A DNA stretch of 64,000 nt from IMGVR_UViG_3300032268_000832:242464-306463; one strand, 5' to 3'; shown: positions 8,791 to 16,915, counted from the first letter of the stretch. Program-made: numbers and translations. The notes: generated by a model from the sequence alone, not told the origin.

Positions 8791-8885
8791 CTGGTAATGC
8801 GCGAGATGGTTTAAGCGGTCGGACTTGGAATCCGATGAGGGCACAAAGGTAGTGTCTTCCACAGGTTCGAATCCTGTTTACCAGA
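8791..8885 (+). tRNA. tRNA-Pro(TGG) with long variable arm (atypical)
   Basis: C1:G72 and A73; TCGGA-CTTGGAA-TCCGA; about 25-nt variable arm; ACAGG-TTCGAAT-CCTGT. Confidence 0.8.
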
Positions 8886-8913
8886 CAAGAAATACAAAAC
8901 ACAAAACAAAAAA

Positions 8914-8949
8914 ATGAAAACAATAAAGAACATAAAGAATAAACGCTAA
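8914..8949 (+). CDS. possible mini-ORF MKTIKNIKNKR
   Basis: A-rich leader, ATG..TAA, then hairpin GCACTCA/TGAGTGT just before tRNA-Lys. Confidence 0.35.
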   Translation: MKTIKNIKNKR

Positions 8950-8981
8950 CGCACTCAGCCAATTGGTTATGAGTGTAATAT

Positions 8982-9058
8982 ACCCTCGTAGCTCAGTTGG
9001 TTAGAGCACCTAACTTTTAATTAGGGAGTCAAGAGTTCGAGTCTCTTCGGGGGTACCA
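8982..9058 (+). tRNA. tRNA-Lys(TTT)
   Basis: canonical cloverleaf, CCTAA-CTTTTAA-TTAGG, encoded CCA. Confidence 0.97.
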
Positions 9059-9079
9059 AAAAACCAGAAATGGTTAAAT

Positions 9080-9152
9080 GCTTTCGAAGCTCATGTGGAC
9101 GGGCACTCCGCTTTTAACGGAGGGGTAAAGGGTTCGAGGCCCTTCGGGAGCA
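9080..9152 (+). tRNA. tRNA-Lys(TTT), divergent copy
   Basis: GCTTTCG/CGGGAGC, CTCCG-CTTTTAA-CGGAG; A8 and T-loop TTCGAGG are unusual. Confidence 0.85.
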
Positions 9153-9161
9153 CAAATATTA

Positions 9162-9237
9162 CGGGTAGTAGAGGAGTCAGGTTTATCTCGCTGGCCTTGG
9201 ACGCTAGAGCACGCTGGTTCGAATCCAGTCTACCCGA
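9162..9237 (+). tRNA. tRNA-Pro(TGG)
   Basis: CGGGTAG/CTACCCG, CTGGC-CTTGGAC-GCTAG. Confidence 0.92.
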
Positions 9238-9305
9238 CGAGACGAGACTGTTACTAATTCATAGGGGCCCATTCATTTTAAGTGTCTGCGTAGAATTAGA
9301 AAATT

Positions 9306-9379
9306 GCGACTGTCGCCTAGTTGGTATGGCACCTGACTTCCAATCAGGAATAGGGCGGGTTCGAGACCCGTCAGTCGCT
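9306..9379 (+). tRNA. tRNA-Gly(TCC)
   Basis: GCGACTG/CAGTCGC, U73, CCTGA-CTTCCAA-TCAGG. Confidence 0.95.
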
Positions 9380-9386
9380 CAAATAT

Positions 9387-9459
9387 TGGAAGATGATGTA
9401 ATTGGTTAACATACGACACTTTGACTGTCGTTTTTAGGGTTCGAGTCCCTATCTTCCAA
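9387..9459 (+). tRNA. tRNA-Gln(TTG)
   Basis: TGGAAGA/TCTTCCA, CGACA-CTTTGAC-TGTCG. Confidence 0.93.
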
Positions 9460-9463
9460 CTAA

Positions 9464-9526
9464 AGGGTGGTTTCAGCAAGTTAACAAACATCAAATTTTT
9501 ACTTTGAATCGTAACATGCCATCCTG
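9464..9526 (+). ncRNA. small TTTCAGCAA-motif stem RNA
   Basis: AGGGTGG/CCATCCT closing stem followed by TTTCAGCAA, the same motif and position as in 1820-1965. Confidence 0.5.
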
Positions 9527-9531
9527 AATTT

Positions 9532-9616
9532 GGGTCCATTGAGCAACTGGCTGGCTCGCCTGACTGTAAATCAGGTTCCTCTGGACGTGGGGGTTCGAAT
9601 CCCTCTGGGCCCACCA
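9532..9616 (+). tRNA. tRNA-Tyr(GTA)
   Basis: GGGTCCA/TGGGCCC, CCTGA-CTGTAAA-TCAGG, variable arm, encoded CCA. Confidence 0.95.
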
Positions 9617-9622
9617 ATATAT

Positions 9623-9696
9623 GCCTCCGTAGCTCAGCAGGCCAGAGCAACTCCCTTGTAAGGAGAAGGTCGCAGGTTCGATTCCTGTCGGAGGCT
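9623..9696 (+). tRNA. tRNA-Thr(TGT)
   Basis: GCCTCCG/CGGAGGC, CTCC-CTTGTAA-GGAG. Confidence 0.95.
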
Positions 9697-9714
9697 CTAA
9701 ATCAATGTAATATT

Positions 9715-9939
9715 ATGGAAGGGTTAAAATTTAGTGGTCGTTTTATGACCAAAGAGGGAAAAAAAAGATTTCTAAGAGATTGGGAACTTAAAAAAGAAGA
9801 ATTAAATGGTATTGGCAACGGTCCAATAAAAATTGAGATACCTGAGTTGAATGTTATTTTTTATGCTAAAAACATTGAAGAAGCTAAAGAAAATATAAAT
9901 GAAGCTGGTTTAGTACAAAAAATAATTAACAAAAAATAG
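9715..9939 (+). CDS. hypothetical protein
   Basis: ORF track. Confidence 0.7.
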   Translation: MEGLKFSGRFMTKEGKKRFLRDWELKKEELNGIGNGPIKIEIPELNVIFYAKNIEEAKENINEAGLVQKIINKK

Positions 9940-9985
9940 TTATGTTCAAAAATAGTTAGTATATTTGCAACATAAATATAAAACT

Positions 9986-10252
9986 ATGGATTGTACAACT
10001 CAAATTGTTAGCAGAATAAATGGTGAGTTAATTGATAAACCAAAAAAACCATTTGATACACTTGAGCAAGCTATCAAGCACGCTAAGGGTGTGAACGCAC
10101 TACCAGATAGAAAATTCAAAGTGGTGGCGTATAAATGTAAATCATGTCATAAGTTTCATGTTGGTAGAAATGGCAACACGATAAGTGACAAAGAAAAAGA
10201 AAAATGGAAACCACAAGGTTTCAAGATAGTTGGTAAAATCGACTTTAAATGA
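9986..10252 (+). CDS. small putative zinc-binding protein
   Basis: YKCKSCHKFHVG (CxxC-H); ATG at 9986 follows a promoter. Confidence 0.7.
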   Translation: MDCTTQIVSRINGELIDKPKKPFDTLEQAIKHAKGVNALPDRKFKVVAYKCKSCHKFHVGRNGNTISDKEKEKWKPQGFKIVGKIDFK

Positions 10253-10264
10253 TATACTGGTTTT

Positions 10265-10337
10265 TGAGACCGATTTACCGTTAGGAAAATCCTTTTAAGG
10301 GCTGAGACTTTATGTCAAGCGTAGCAAACGGTCTTAG
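10265..10337 (+). ncRNA. candidate structured RNA
   Basis: TGAGACCG/CGGTCTTA closing stem with internal hairpins, upstream of tRNA-Gly. Confidence 0.35.
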
Positions 10338-10391
10338 GAGATTAACAGAATACAAATGGGGTGTGACGGATGCAGAGAGAGAGGCATAAAT

Positions 10392-10465
10392 GCAGTAGTA
10401 GCTCAATTGGTTAGAGTATTGGCTTGCCAAGTCAAGGGTTGCGAGTTCAAGTCTCGTCTACTGCA
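10392..10465 (+). tRNA. tRNA-Gly(GCC)
   Basis: GCAGTAG/CTACTGC, TTGGC-TTGCCAA-GTCAA. Confidence 0.93.
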
Positions 10466-10467
10466 CT

Positions 10468-10494
10468 AAACCCATCATTATGATGGGTTTTTTT
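10468..10494 (+). terminator. intrinsic terminator ending tRNA region
   Basis: AAACCCATCA-TTA-TGATGGGTTT followed by a T run. Confidence 0.85.
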
Positions 10495-10530
10495 ATTTAT
10501 GTCAGATATTTATAGTAAAAATTAAATATT

Positions 10531-10638
10531 ATGGCAAGAGCAAAAAAAAGACCAGCAGCTAAACCTAACAGAGGTAACGTAGTTAAAAGAAAAAAATTAC
10601 TTAAACAAAACGAAGAAATTCTTAGTAAATTCAAATAA
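10531..10638 (+). CDS. small basic protein MARAKKRPAAKPNRG...
   Basis: 35-aa K/R-rich ORF preceded by TATTTATA; not in ORF track. Confidence 0.65.
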   Translation: MARAKKRPAAKPNRGNVVKRKKLLKQNEEILSKFK

Positions 10639-10671
10639 ATATGAAGTCACTAATAAAGGTGTTGTTAAAAT

Positions 10672-10702
10672 AAAAAAAGAGGGGATACCCCTCTTTTTTT
10701 TT
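10672..10702. terminator. bidirectional terminator
   Basis: A7-GAGGGG-ATA-CCCCTC-T run between convergent ORFs. Confidence 0.85.
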
Positions 10703-10853
10703 AGCGTTTTCCTTGGCCTTTATATTTTTTCAAATAATTCTTAGACTTCTTCAATTTTGAAGATTTACATTTAGAATGAACTCTTGGTCTTTTCTTTTTA
10801 GGTTTTTCGATTCTCACAGAAACACTAGCTGATTTTGATTGTGGTTTTGCCAT
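10701..10853 (-). CDS. small basic protein MAKPQSKSAS...KNYLKKYKGQGKR
   Basis: 50-aa K/R-rich ORF; ATATTTATA about 15 nt upstream on the minus strand. Confidence 0.75.
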   Translation of the reverse strand: MAKPQSKSASVSVRIEKPKKKRPRVHSKCKSSKLKKSKNYLKKYKGQGKR

Positions 10854-10921
10854 AACATTAATTTTTAATATAAATATTGTTATTTGATAAAATAATTCGT
10901 ATATTTGTAAAAAATTTGAGT

Positions 10922-11164
10922 ATGAAAACAGATATAAACATTAGCATTGATACAGAAAGCAAAACTCCAATATCAATAAACAAACCTGAGGGTGTCAACC
11001 CACCAACTACAGCTGAAGAAGCTAAAGAGGTGATTACCACAGATATAAAGTGTTTAACAGAAGCTTTGTGTTTTATGGTTGGTGTGGCTGAAGATAACGG
11101 TTATGTTAACGCTAATGAAACGTTAACACAAATAATAGTAAGATTAAATAAAGATTTAAAGTAA
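10922..11164 (+). CDS. hypothetical protein
   Basis: ATG after promoter at about 10900. Confidence 0.7.
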   Translation: MKTDINISIDTESKTPISINKPEGVNPPTTAEEAKEVITTDIKCLTEALCFMVGVAEDNGYVNANETLTQIIVRLNKDLK

Positions 11165-11577
11165 TGGAAAAGTTTAAAGGAGATAAAATAAGTGCAATAC
11201 ACTCGTTTACGGTGTTCCCACAAGACTTAAACTATGCTGACACATTGTTTGGTGGTAAGGTAATGGCTGAAATGGACGTTGCTGGTGTTAAGGTTGTTCG
11301 TAGAGCAATATATGAAACTGATTGTGATGGTGCTGTGACAGCTAGTGTTGATAAGATTGATTTTAAAAAACCAGCTTTTCTAGGTGATTTGATTACAATG
11401 AAAGCCGATATAAAAGCATTGGGTAGGTCATCAATTCAAGTTAAAATTACAGTAACTAGAGAAAGTCAACGTGGTGATATTGAAGAAATATGTGCTGCTA
11501 ATTTTACTTTTGTTACTATGAAAGATAAAAAATCTCATCATCATGATTTGAGTTTTGAGAAATTGTTAAACAAATAA
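11164..11577 (+). CDS. acyl-CoA thioesterase (HotDog fold, YciA-like)
   Basis: VFPQDLNYADTLFGGKVMAEMD, VTASVDKIDFKKP, ANFTFV. Confidence 0.92.
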   Translation: MEKFKGDKISAIHSFTVFPQDLNYADTLFGGKVMAEMDVAGVKVVRRAIYETDCDGAVTASVDKIDFKKPAFLGDLITMKADIKALGRSSIQVKITVTRESQRGDIEEICAANFTFVTMKDKKSHHHDLSFEKLLNK

Positions 11578-11584
11578 GATTACA

Positions 11585-11785
11585 ATGGATGTATTAGATT
11601 TAATTAGAGCTATACATAAGTCTGATAAGATTATAAGTTCGTGTGAAACTTGTGACCACATAGAAAATGCTGAAAAATATTTAGAAAATTTTAAACAACA
11701 ATCAAATAATGAAGAATTTTATGTCAAATTGGTTAAAAAACTTAACATTAAAAGACAACAACTTAACTGCGATTTCAGAATTTAA
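11585..11785 (+). CDS. hypothetical protein
   Basis: ORF track. Confidence 0.6.
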   Translation: MDVLDLIRAIHKSDKIISSCETCDHIENAEKYLENFKQQSNNEEFYVKLVKKLNIKRQQLNCDFRI

Positions 11786-12614
11786 TTCCCAGTCTATAAA
11801 TAAAATAAAAGGTAATATTTTCTATCAATTATTTTCAAAACCAAATCTTTATTTAAAAGTTCTGTTGTTAAGAACTATCGGTATGGGTTTATTTACCTTT
11901 ATGATTTGGTTTTTAATCAAAATTTTTGAGTTTACATCTTTTACTATACCTTCAGCTATGCATAGCCTTATTGGTATCGTTATTGGTTTGTTATTGGTGT
12001 TCAGAACCAATACAGCTTATGACCGTTGGTGGGATGGTAGAAAAATAATCGCTAGTTTGTCTAGTGAAGTTTCTATTGTAACCGCAAAATTAAATACTTT
12101 AAATTATGGTTCGAAACCATATGAAGAGCATAAAGTTGTAACACTTAAAAAAGAAATGAAAGAATTTTTGTTGGTGCTTAGAAATTATCTAACAATTGGT
12201 GAGGATAATGAACATTCCGTTAGCTTTCATTTAAAACAAACAGAATCTTTAGAACTATTATTTAAAAGTGTTTCCAGACTAGATGAAGATGATAATCTTA
12301 AATCAATATTAAACAATTCCATCGTTAAGATGATGGAGTATTCTAATCAATTAGAACGTATTAAAAACACACCAATACCTTTATCTTATGTGTTTCACAT
12401 AAAAATTAGTGTGTTGATTTATTTATTAACTTTACCTTTTGGTATGTTTCATGATTTGGGTATTTGGTCTGTTCCTTTGGTTATGTTGATTTATTACATA
12501 ATTGCTGGTGTTGAAATTATCAGTAGTGAGATTGAAAATCCATTTGCTGGAGACCCTAACGACTTACCAACATACAAGTTATTTAAAACAATGTTGGAAA
12601 CATTAAAATCCTAA
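11709..12614 (+). CDS. bestrophin-family ion channel (YneE-like); start uncertain
   Basis: LLLVFRTNTAYDRWWDGRK, ERIKNTPIP, EIENPFAGDPNDLP. Confidence 0.92.
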   Translation: MKNFMSNWLKNLTLKDNNLTAISEFNSQSINKIKGNIFYQLFSKPNLYLKVLLLRTIGMGLFTFMIWFLIKIFEFTSFTIPSAMHSLIGIVIGLLLVFRTNTAYDRWWDGRKIIASLSSEVSIVTAKLNTLNYGSKPYEEHKVVTLKKEMKEFLLVLRNYLTIGEDNEHSVSFHLKQTESLELLFKSVSRLDEDDNLKSILNNSIVKMMEYSNQLERIKNTPIPLSYVFHIKISVLIYLLTLPFGMFHDLGIWSVPLVMLIYYIIAGVEIISSEIENPFAGDPNDLPTYKLFKTMLETLKS

Positions 12615-12616
12615 AT

Positions 12617-12799
12617 ATGCAAGGTACATTTAGAAAAGAAATACATGGAAACGAGTTATACCTGTTCAATGCAAAAGGTGAACTTATTTTCAAGCGATGG
12701 CTTAATCAAGGCCGTTCAGTTGTGTTTGATGTGATGAGTTACGACAAACAAACATTAGTATCAATAACAGAAGAAACTTTAAAAAATAAAAAAAGATGA
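12617..12799 (+). CDS. hypothetical protein
   Basis: ORF track; coupled to next gene. Confidence 0.65.
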   Translation: MQGTFRKEIHGNELYLFNAKGELIFKRWLNQGRSVVFDVMSYDKQTLVSITEETLKNKKR

Positions 12800-13302
12800 T
12801 AAACATAATAGTAGCGATGTCGACTAATTTTGTCATAGGTAAAAACAATGATTTACCATGGCATTTACCTACTGACATGAAGTATTTTAAAGAAACTACC
12901 AACGGACATACGGTGGTAATGGGTCGTAAGTGTTGGGAAAGTATTCCAGAAAAGTATAGACCATTACCTAATCGTAATAACATTGTTATGTCTAGAGACC
13001 CAAACTATGTAGCTAATGGGGCGACTGTTTCTGATGATTTAGAACGTATTTTAGTATCACATGAAAACAGTGATAAACAAGTGTTTATTATTGGTGGTGC
13101 TGAATTATACAAAGAAGCTTTTAAATATGCGACAAAAGTTTATTTAACACAAATATATGCCAATATTGAAGGTGATATATATTTAGAAGGTTTAGAAACT
13201 GGAAAATGGTGTTTAAAAGAGGGTAGTGAAGTGTATGAAGAGAATGGTTTAAAGTTTAGATTTGAACTTTATGAAAAAAAAGAACAAAAAGATTGTTTTT
13301 AA
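12796..13302 (+). CDS. folA: dihydrofolate reductase
   Basis: IGKNNDLPWHLPTDMKYFK, VMGRKCWESI, RPLPNRNNIV, IIGGAELY. Confidence 0.97.
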   Translation: MINIIVAMSTNFVIGKNNDLPWHLPTDMKYFKETTNGHTVVMGRKCWESIPEKYRPLPNRNNIVMSRDPNYVANGATVSDDLERILVSHENSDKQVFIIGGAELYKEAFKYATKVYLTQIYANIEGDIYLEGLETGKWCLKEGSEVYEENGLKFRFELYEKKEQKDCF

Positions 13303-13329
13303 AAATTTAATTTAGTATCTTTGTGATAT

Positions 13330-13617
13330 ATGGCAAAAGAAAGAAAAAAAGCAGTTGTAAAACCTGTAATTAAACCGATTGTCCCTAAAAAAAGAGAAAC
13401 TGCTGAAGAACCAGAAAAAAAACCAGTTGTTGAAGCGACAAACAAAGAAGAAAAGAAACGTAAGAATGATTTTAAAACCATCAGAATAGCATCCAACGCA
13501 GATATTGAAGAACGTAAACATATATCTGAAAGAGTGCAAAAAGGTGAATTAACACTAGCATATTATGCTGTTGATGGTGAAAACTCATATCATTATTATT
13601 TTATAAATAAAAATTAA
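13330..13617 (+). CDS. hypothetical protein
   Basis: ORF after promoter. Confidence 0.65.
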   Translation: MAKERKKAVVKPVIKPIVPKKRETAEEPEKKPVVEATNKEEKKRKNDFKTIRIASNADIEERKHISERVQKGELTLAYYAVDGENSYHYYFINKN

Positions 13618-13629
13618 AAATTAAAAAAT

Positions 13630-14025
13630 ATGACACTTAAAGAAAGAATAAACGCTGATTTTATCGAAGCGTTCAAAGCAAAAGATATGGCTAAAAAAAC
13701 ATTTTTGGGTATCTTAAAGGGTGAAATACAAAACGAAGAGGGTAGAGGTACTGTTTCAACAGATGAATCTGTATTGAATATTATCAAGAAAATGGAAAAA
13801 TCTCTTAAAACTACAAATACACCAGAATCGATGTCTGAGTTAGAGTTTATCAAACCTTATTTACCTATATTGATGGGTGAAGATAAAATCCGAGAGGTTT
13901 TGACAAACTATAAAAATAACGGAATGACTAATATGGGTCAAATGATGGGTGAGTTTAACAAATCATTCAAGGGTATGGCTGATAATAAATTAGTTTCTGA
14001 AATTGTTAAAGAAATTCTTGCGTAA
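13630..14025 (+). CDS. GatB/YqeY domain protein
   Basis: LKERINADFIEAFKAKD...YLP...MGQMMG...ADNKLVSEIVK. Confidence 0.88.
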   Translation: MTLKERINADFIEAFKAKDMAKKTFLGILKGEIQNEEGRGTVSTDESVLNIIKKMEKSLKTTNTPESMSELEFIKPYLPILMGEDKIREVLTNYKNNGMTNMGQMMGEFNKSFKGMADNKLVSEIVKEILA

Positions 14026-14417
14026 TGGATATTGTTACTATTATTTTCGCTTACGTATTGTATTTCCTTTTAGTTCATTGGGTTGCTGATTTTGTTTTAC
14101 AAAGCGAAAAAATGGCGTTGAATAAAAGTACTAGTAACTATTGGTTGGGTATACATGTTAGTGTTTACACCTTAACGACAATTTTGTTGTGGTGTTTATT
14201 GTTTTCAATTATTGGTTTACATGCAACATTTTTACAATATATCTCAGCGGCTATGTCAATATTCGTAATGCATTTTATAACAGACTATATAACTAGTCGT
14301 ATAACTGGAAAGTATTACAGAGCCAATAAAAACCACGAATTTTTTGTTACTATTGGGTTCGACCAATGGTTACATTACTCACAAATATTTATCGTAATAA
14401 ACTATATAATTTTATAA
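14025..14417 (+). CDS. DUF3307-like membrane protein
   Basis: HWVADFVLQS, HFITD, GFDQWLH. Confidence 0.85.
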   Translation: MDIVTIIFAYVLYFLLVHWVADFVLQSEKMALNKSTSNYWLGIHVSVYTLTTILLWCLLFSIIGLHATFLQYISAAMSIFVMHFITDYITSRITGKYYRANKNHEFFVTIGFDQWLHYSQIFIVINYIIL

Positions 14418-14420
14418 AAA

Positions 14421-15023
14421 ATGAATAAACAAGAGATTTTTGCAAAGCTAGATGGGATGTTAGCTGATTCTAAAAAAAGGGGATTTTTAAACCATTTAGT
14501 ACGTTCATACGTACCGATTAGTAAGGTTGAAAAAGTTTTTGAAAAACCAACAGGTCCTTTCGTTTGTGTGTTAAGTAACACAAAACTATTCTCAATCCAA
14601 GATATTTTTGAGGGAATTCAAACAGAAGAATTTAAAAAAGAGTTTTTTGATAGTCTTAAATTTGCGTTGGATGATAAAGCTCCAAGTATCACACCGATTA
14701 AAAAATTAATTGGTGATAGAAAGTTAGGTTTGTCTGGTGATAAAACTACAACTTTTATGTCGTTGGATAGTTACCATGAATTCTTCGACTGGGTTATTAC
14801 CAAATCATTAAGCGGTGATAAACACATCAATTGGTTATTGGGGGATATCAGACGTGAAAGCTTTTTAGATAGAGCAAAACAAATTGGAGATGAAAAAATC
14901 CAAAACAAGGTAAAAAAATTAGAACCAAAAAAACATGGCGCAAGTTATTCATTGGGAGCAGCCAGTGATGCGCTTTTAAAATTAAAAGAACAATTAGAAA
15001 AAAATGAGATTAAAAATAGATAA
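14421..15023 (+). CDS. hypothetical protein
   Basis: ORF track. Confidence 0.8.
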   Translation: MNKQEIFAKLDGMLADSKKRGFLNHLVRSYVPISKVEKVFEKPTGPFVCVLSNTKLFSIQDIFEGIQTEEFKKEFFDSLKFALDDKAPSITPIKKLIGDRKLGLSGDKTTTFMSLDSYHEFFDWVITKSLSGDKHINWLLGDIRRESFLDRAKQIGDEKIQNKVKKLEPKKHGASYSLGAASDALLKLKEQLEKNEIKNR

Positions 15024-15594
15024 CCAAAATGTTTGGTTTGCATCTGATTACCATTTTTGTCATTCTAATATTATCAAATATGATAATCGACCATTTGCCA
15101 ATGTGCAAGAAATGGACCATACTCTTATAGAGAATTGGAACGAATTGGTAGATGTAAACGATACGGTAATCTATATGGGTGATTTATGTTTTGACCGCTC
15201 AGGCGGTGCAGCTAAATCCATAGTTGACCAACTAAACGGTAAGATACACTTCGTATTAGGTAATCATGACAAAGAAAAAGATATCAGAAAATTAGGTAGA
15301 TTTGAAACGGTCAGCGACTATATCAATCTATCAATATTAGACGAAGAAAACCCTAGAAAACATCAAGGGATTATGATTATGCATTATCCTATATTATCAT
15401 GGGATAAGTCACATCACGGTGAATGGCATTTACATGGCCACTGTCACCAAAGTCTTGTACCAAACAACCCAGAGTATTACAAAAGAAAAGTCTTAGATAT
15501 GGGTTGCAATGGATGGGATTATAAACCTGTTAGTTATACTCAAATAAAAGAGATAATGAAAAATAGAGAAATTGAATCGGTAGACCACCATTAA
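15004..15594 (+). CDS. calcineurin-like metallophosphoesterase
   Basis: SDYHF, MGD, LGNHD, HYP, HGHCH. Confidence 0.92.
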   Translation: MRLKIDNQNVWFASDYHFCHSNIIKYDNRPFANVQEMDHTLIENWNELVDVNDTVIYMGDLCFDRSGGAAKSIVDQLNGKIHFVLGNHDKEKDIRKLGRFETVSDYINLSILDEENPRKHQGIMIMHYPILSWDKSHHGEWHLHGHCHQSLVPNNPEYYKRKVLDMGCNGWDYKPVSYTQIKEIMKNREIESVDHH

Positions 15595-15604
15595 AATAAA
15601 AAAA

Positions 15605-16915
15605 ATGAGTAAAAATACAGTTAAAGAATTAATGCCAGAAGCATTTTTAGAAGCAATTAAAGGAACTAATAAAAAGAAAAAAATGGATGAACTTGAAATT
15701 AAATATGTAGACCCAGCGGAAACACAAGAAAACTTAGAAGATGAGTTTGATGATTACACCAGTAATGAATTTACTGAAGATGTATCATTTGTTGAATTTG
15801 CGATTATTAATTCCTATTTTCACGATTTATACGTGAAAAAAGAAACCAAAGACATTTCTGTTAGAATGTATGGTGACACTGACAATATCGGTAGAATCAC
15901 TATTGGTGGTTCTTTCAACAATATCGATTCATTTTGGTTTAACTGTACTTTTGCTGGTGACGATAACGATTGGTTTGTACAAACCAAAATGTTCACAGAT
16001 GGTAGAGGTGATTTAATTAACCAAGTACACATCACAAGCAAGAAAGGTCTTAAATACAAAGAATTTGAAGATACATTCAAGAAAATCAAATCTCTTGCGT
16101 TTAACAACTCAGAGTACAAAGGGAAATGTATCAAAATTTCGCTTATTGAAGGTCGTTTTAAAGGTATCTCTGTAATCGATATCAAAGAAGCTTCGAATGA
16201 ATTAATTATGACCGAAGTTCAACGTAGATACATTGAACACTTTATTTCTCGTGTGGCTAGAGGTGGTAGTGCTAGATATTTGTTGAATGGAGAGCCTGGT
16301 ACGGGAAAAACCGAAAGTATTCGTGAAATTTGTCGTCGTCTTATCCCAGATGTTACATTCGTAATTCCAGACTTTACAACAACTGGTGATTTGAATTCAA
16401 TCATGGAAGCTTGTGAGATTTTTGAAAGCGCGGTAATCATCATGGATGATATTGACTTATACTTAGGTTCACGTGATAACGGTTCCTATACAAGAATGCT
16501 TGGTCAATTCTTATCGTTCTTTGATGGTGTTAAGAAACGTAAAATTAGTTTATTGGCTTCGACAAACGACAAAGGACTTGTTGATAAAGCGGCTGAGAGA
16601 CCAGGTCGTTTCAATTTCACTTTAGATTACACCTTCTTAAACGAAGAACAAATCATCAAAGTTTGTGATATCCACTTACCAGAAAAATGGAGAATGAAAG
16701 AAGTATACGATGCTCTTACAGAAAACATCAATGGTAAAAAACCTAACATTACTGGTGCGTTTATCGCTAACTTAGCTGAAAACATTGTTGAAATGTCAGA
16801 AGAAGATGATAAATGGACGCTTGATGATACGATAAGTCTAATCAAAGAGTCTTATAAAGGGTTCTATATGAGCCAAGTAGATAAAGAAAAAACCAAAATG
16901 GGTTTTGTTAATTAA
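15605..16915 (+). CDS. AAA+ ATPase
   Basis: GEPGTGKT, IIMDDID, STN, RPGRF. Confidence 0.92.
   Translation: MSKNTVKELMPEAFLEAIKGTNKKKKMDELEIKYVDPAETQENLEDEFDDYTSNEFTEDVSFVEFAIINSYFHDLYVKKETKDISVRMYGDTDNIGRITIGGSFNNIDSFWFNCTFAGDDNDWFVQTKMFTDGRGDLINQVHITSKKGLKYKEFEDTFKKIKSLAFNNSEYKGKCIKISLIEGRFKGISVIDIKEASNELIMTEVQRRYIEHFISRVARGGSARYLLNGEPGTGKTESIREICRRLIPDVTFVIPDFTTTGDLNSIMEACEIFESAVIIMDDIDLYLGSRDNGSYTRMLGQFLSFFDGVKKRKISLLASTNDKGLVDKAAERPGRFNFTLDYTFLNEEQIIKVCDIHLPEKWRMKEVYDALTENINGKKPNITGAFIANLAENIVEMSEEDDKWTLDDTISLIKESYKGFYMSQVDKEKTKMGFVN

Noticed and set aside
8648-9650. Track ORFs 8648..8962(-), 9095..9409(+) and 9273..9650(-)
   Set aside because: They overlap tRNA genes and the attenuator; shadow ORFs of GC-richer RNA genes
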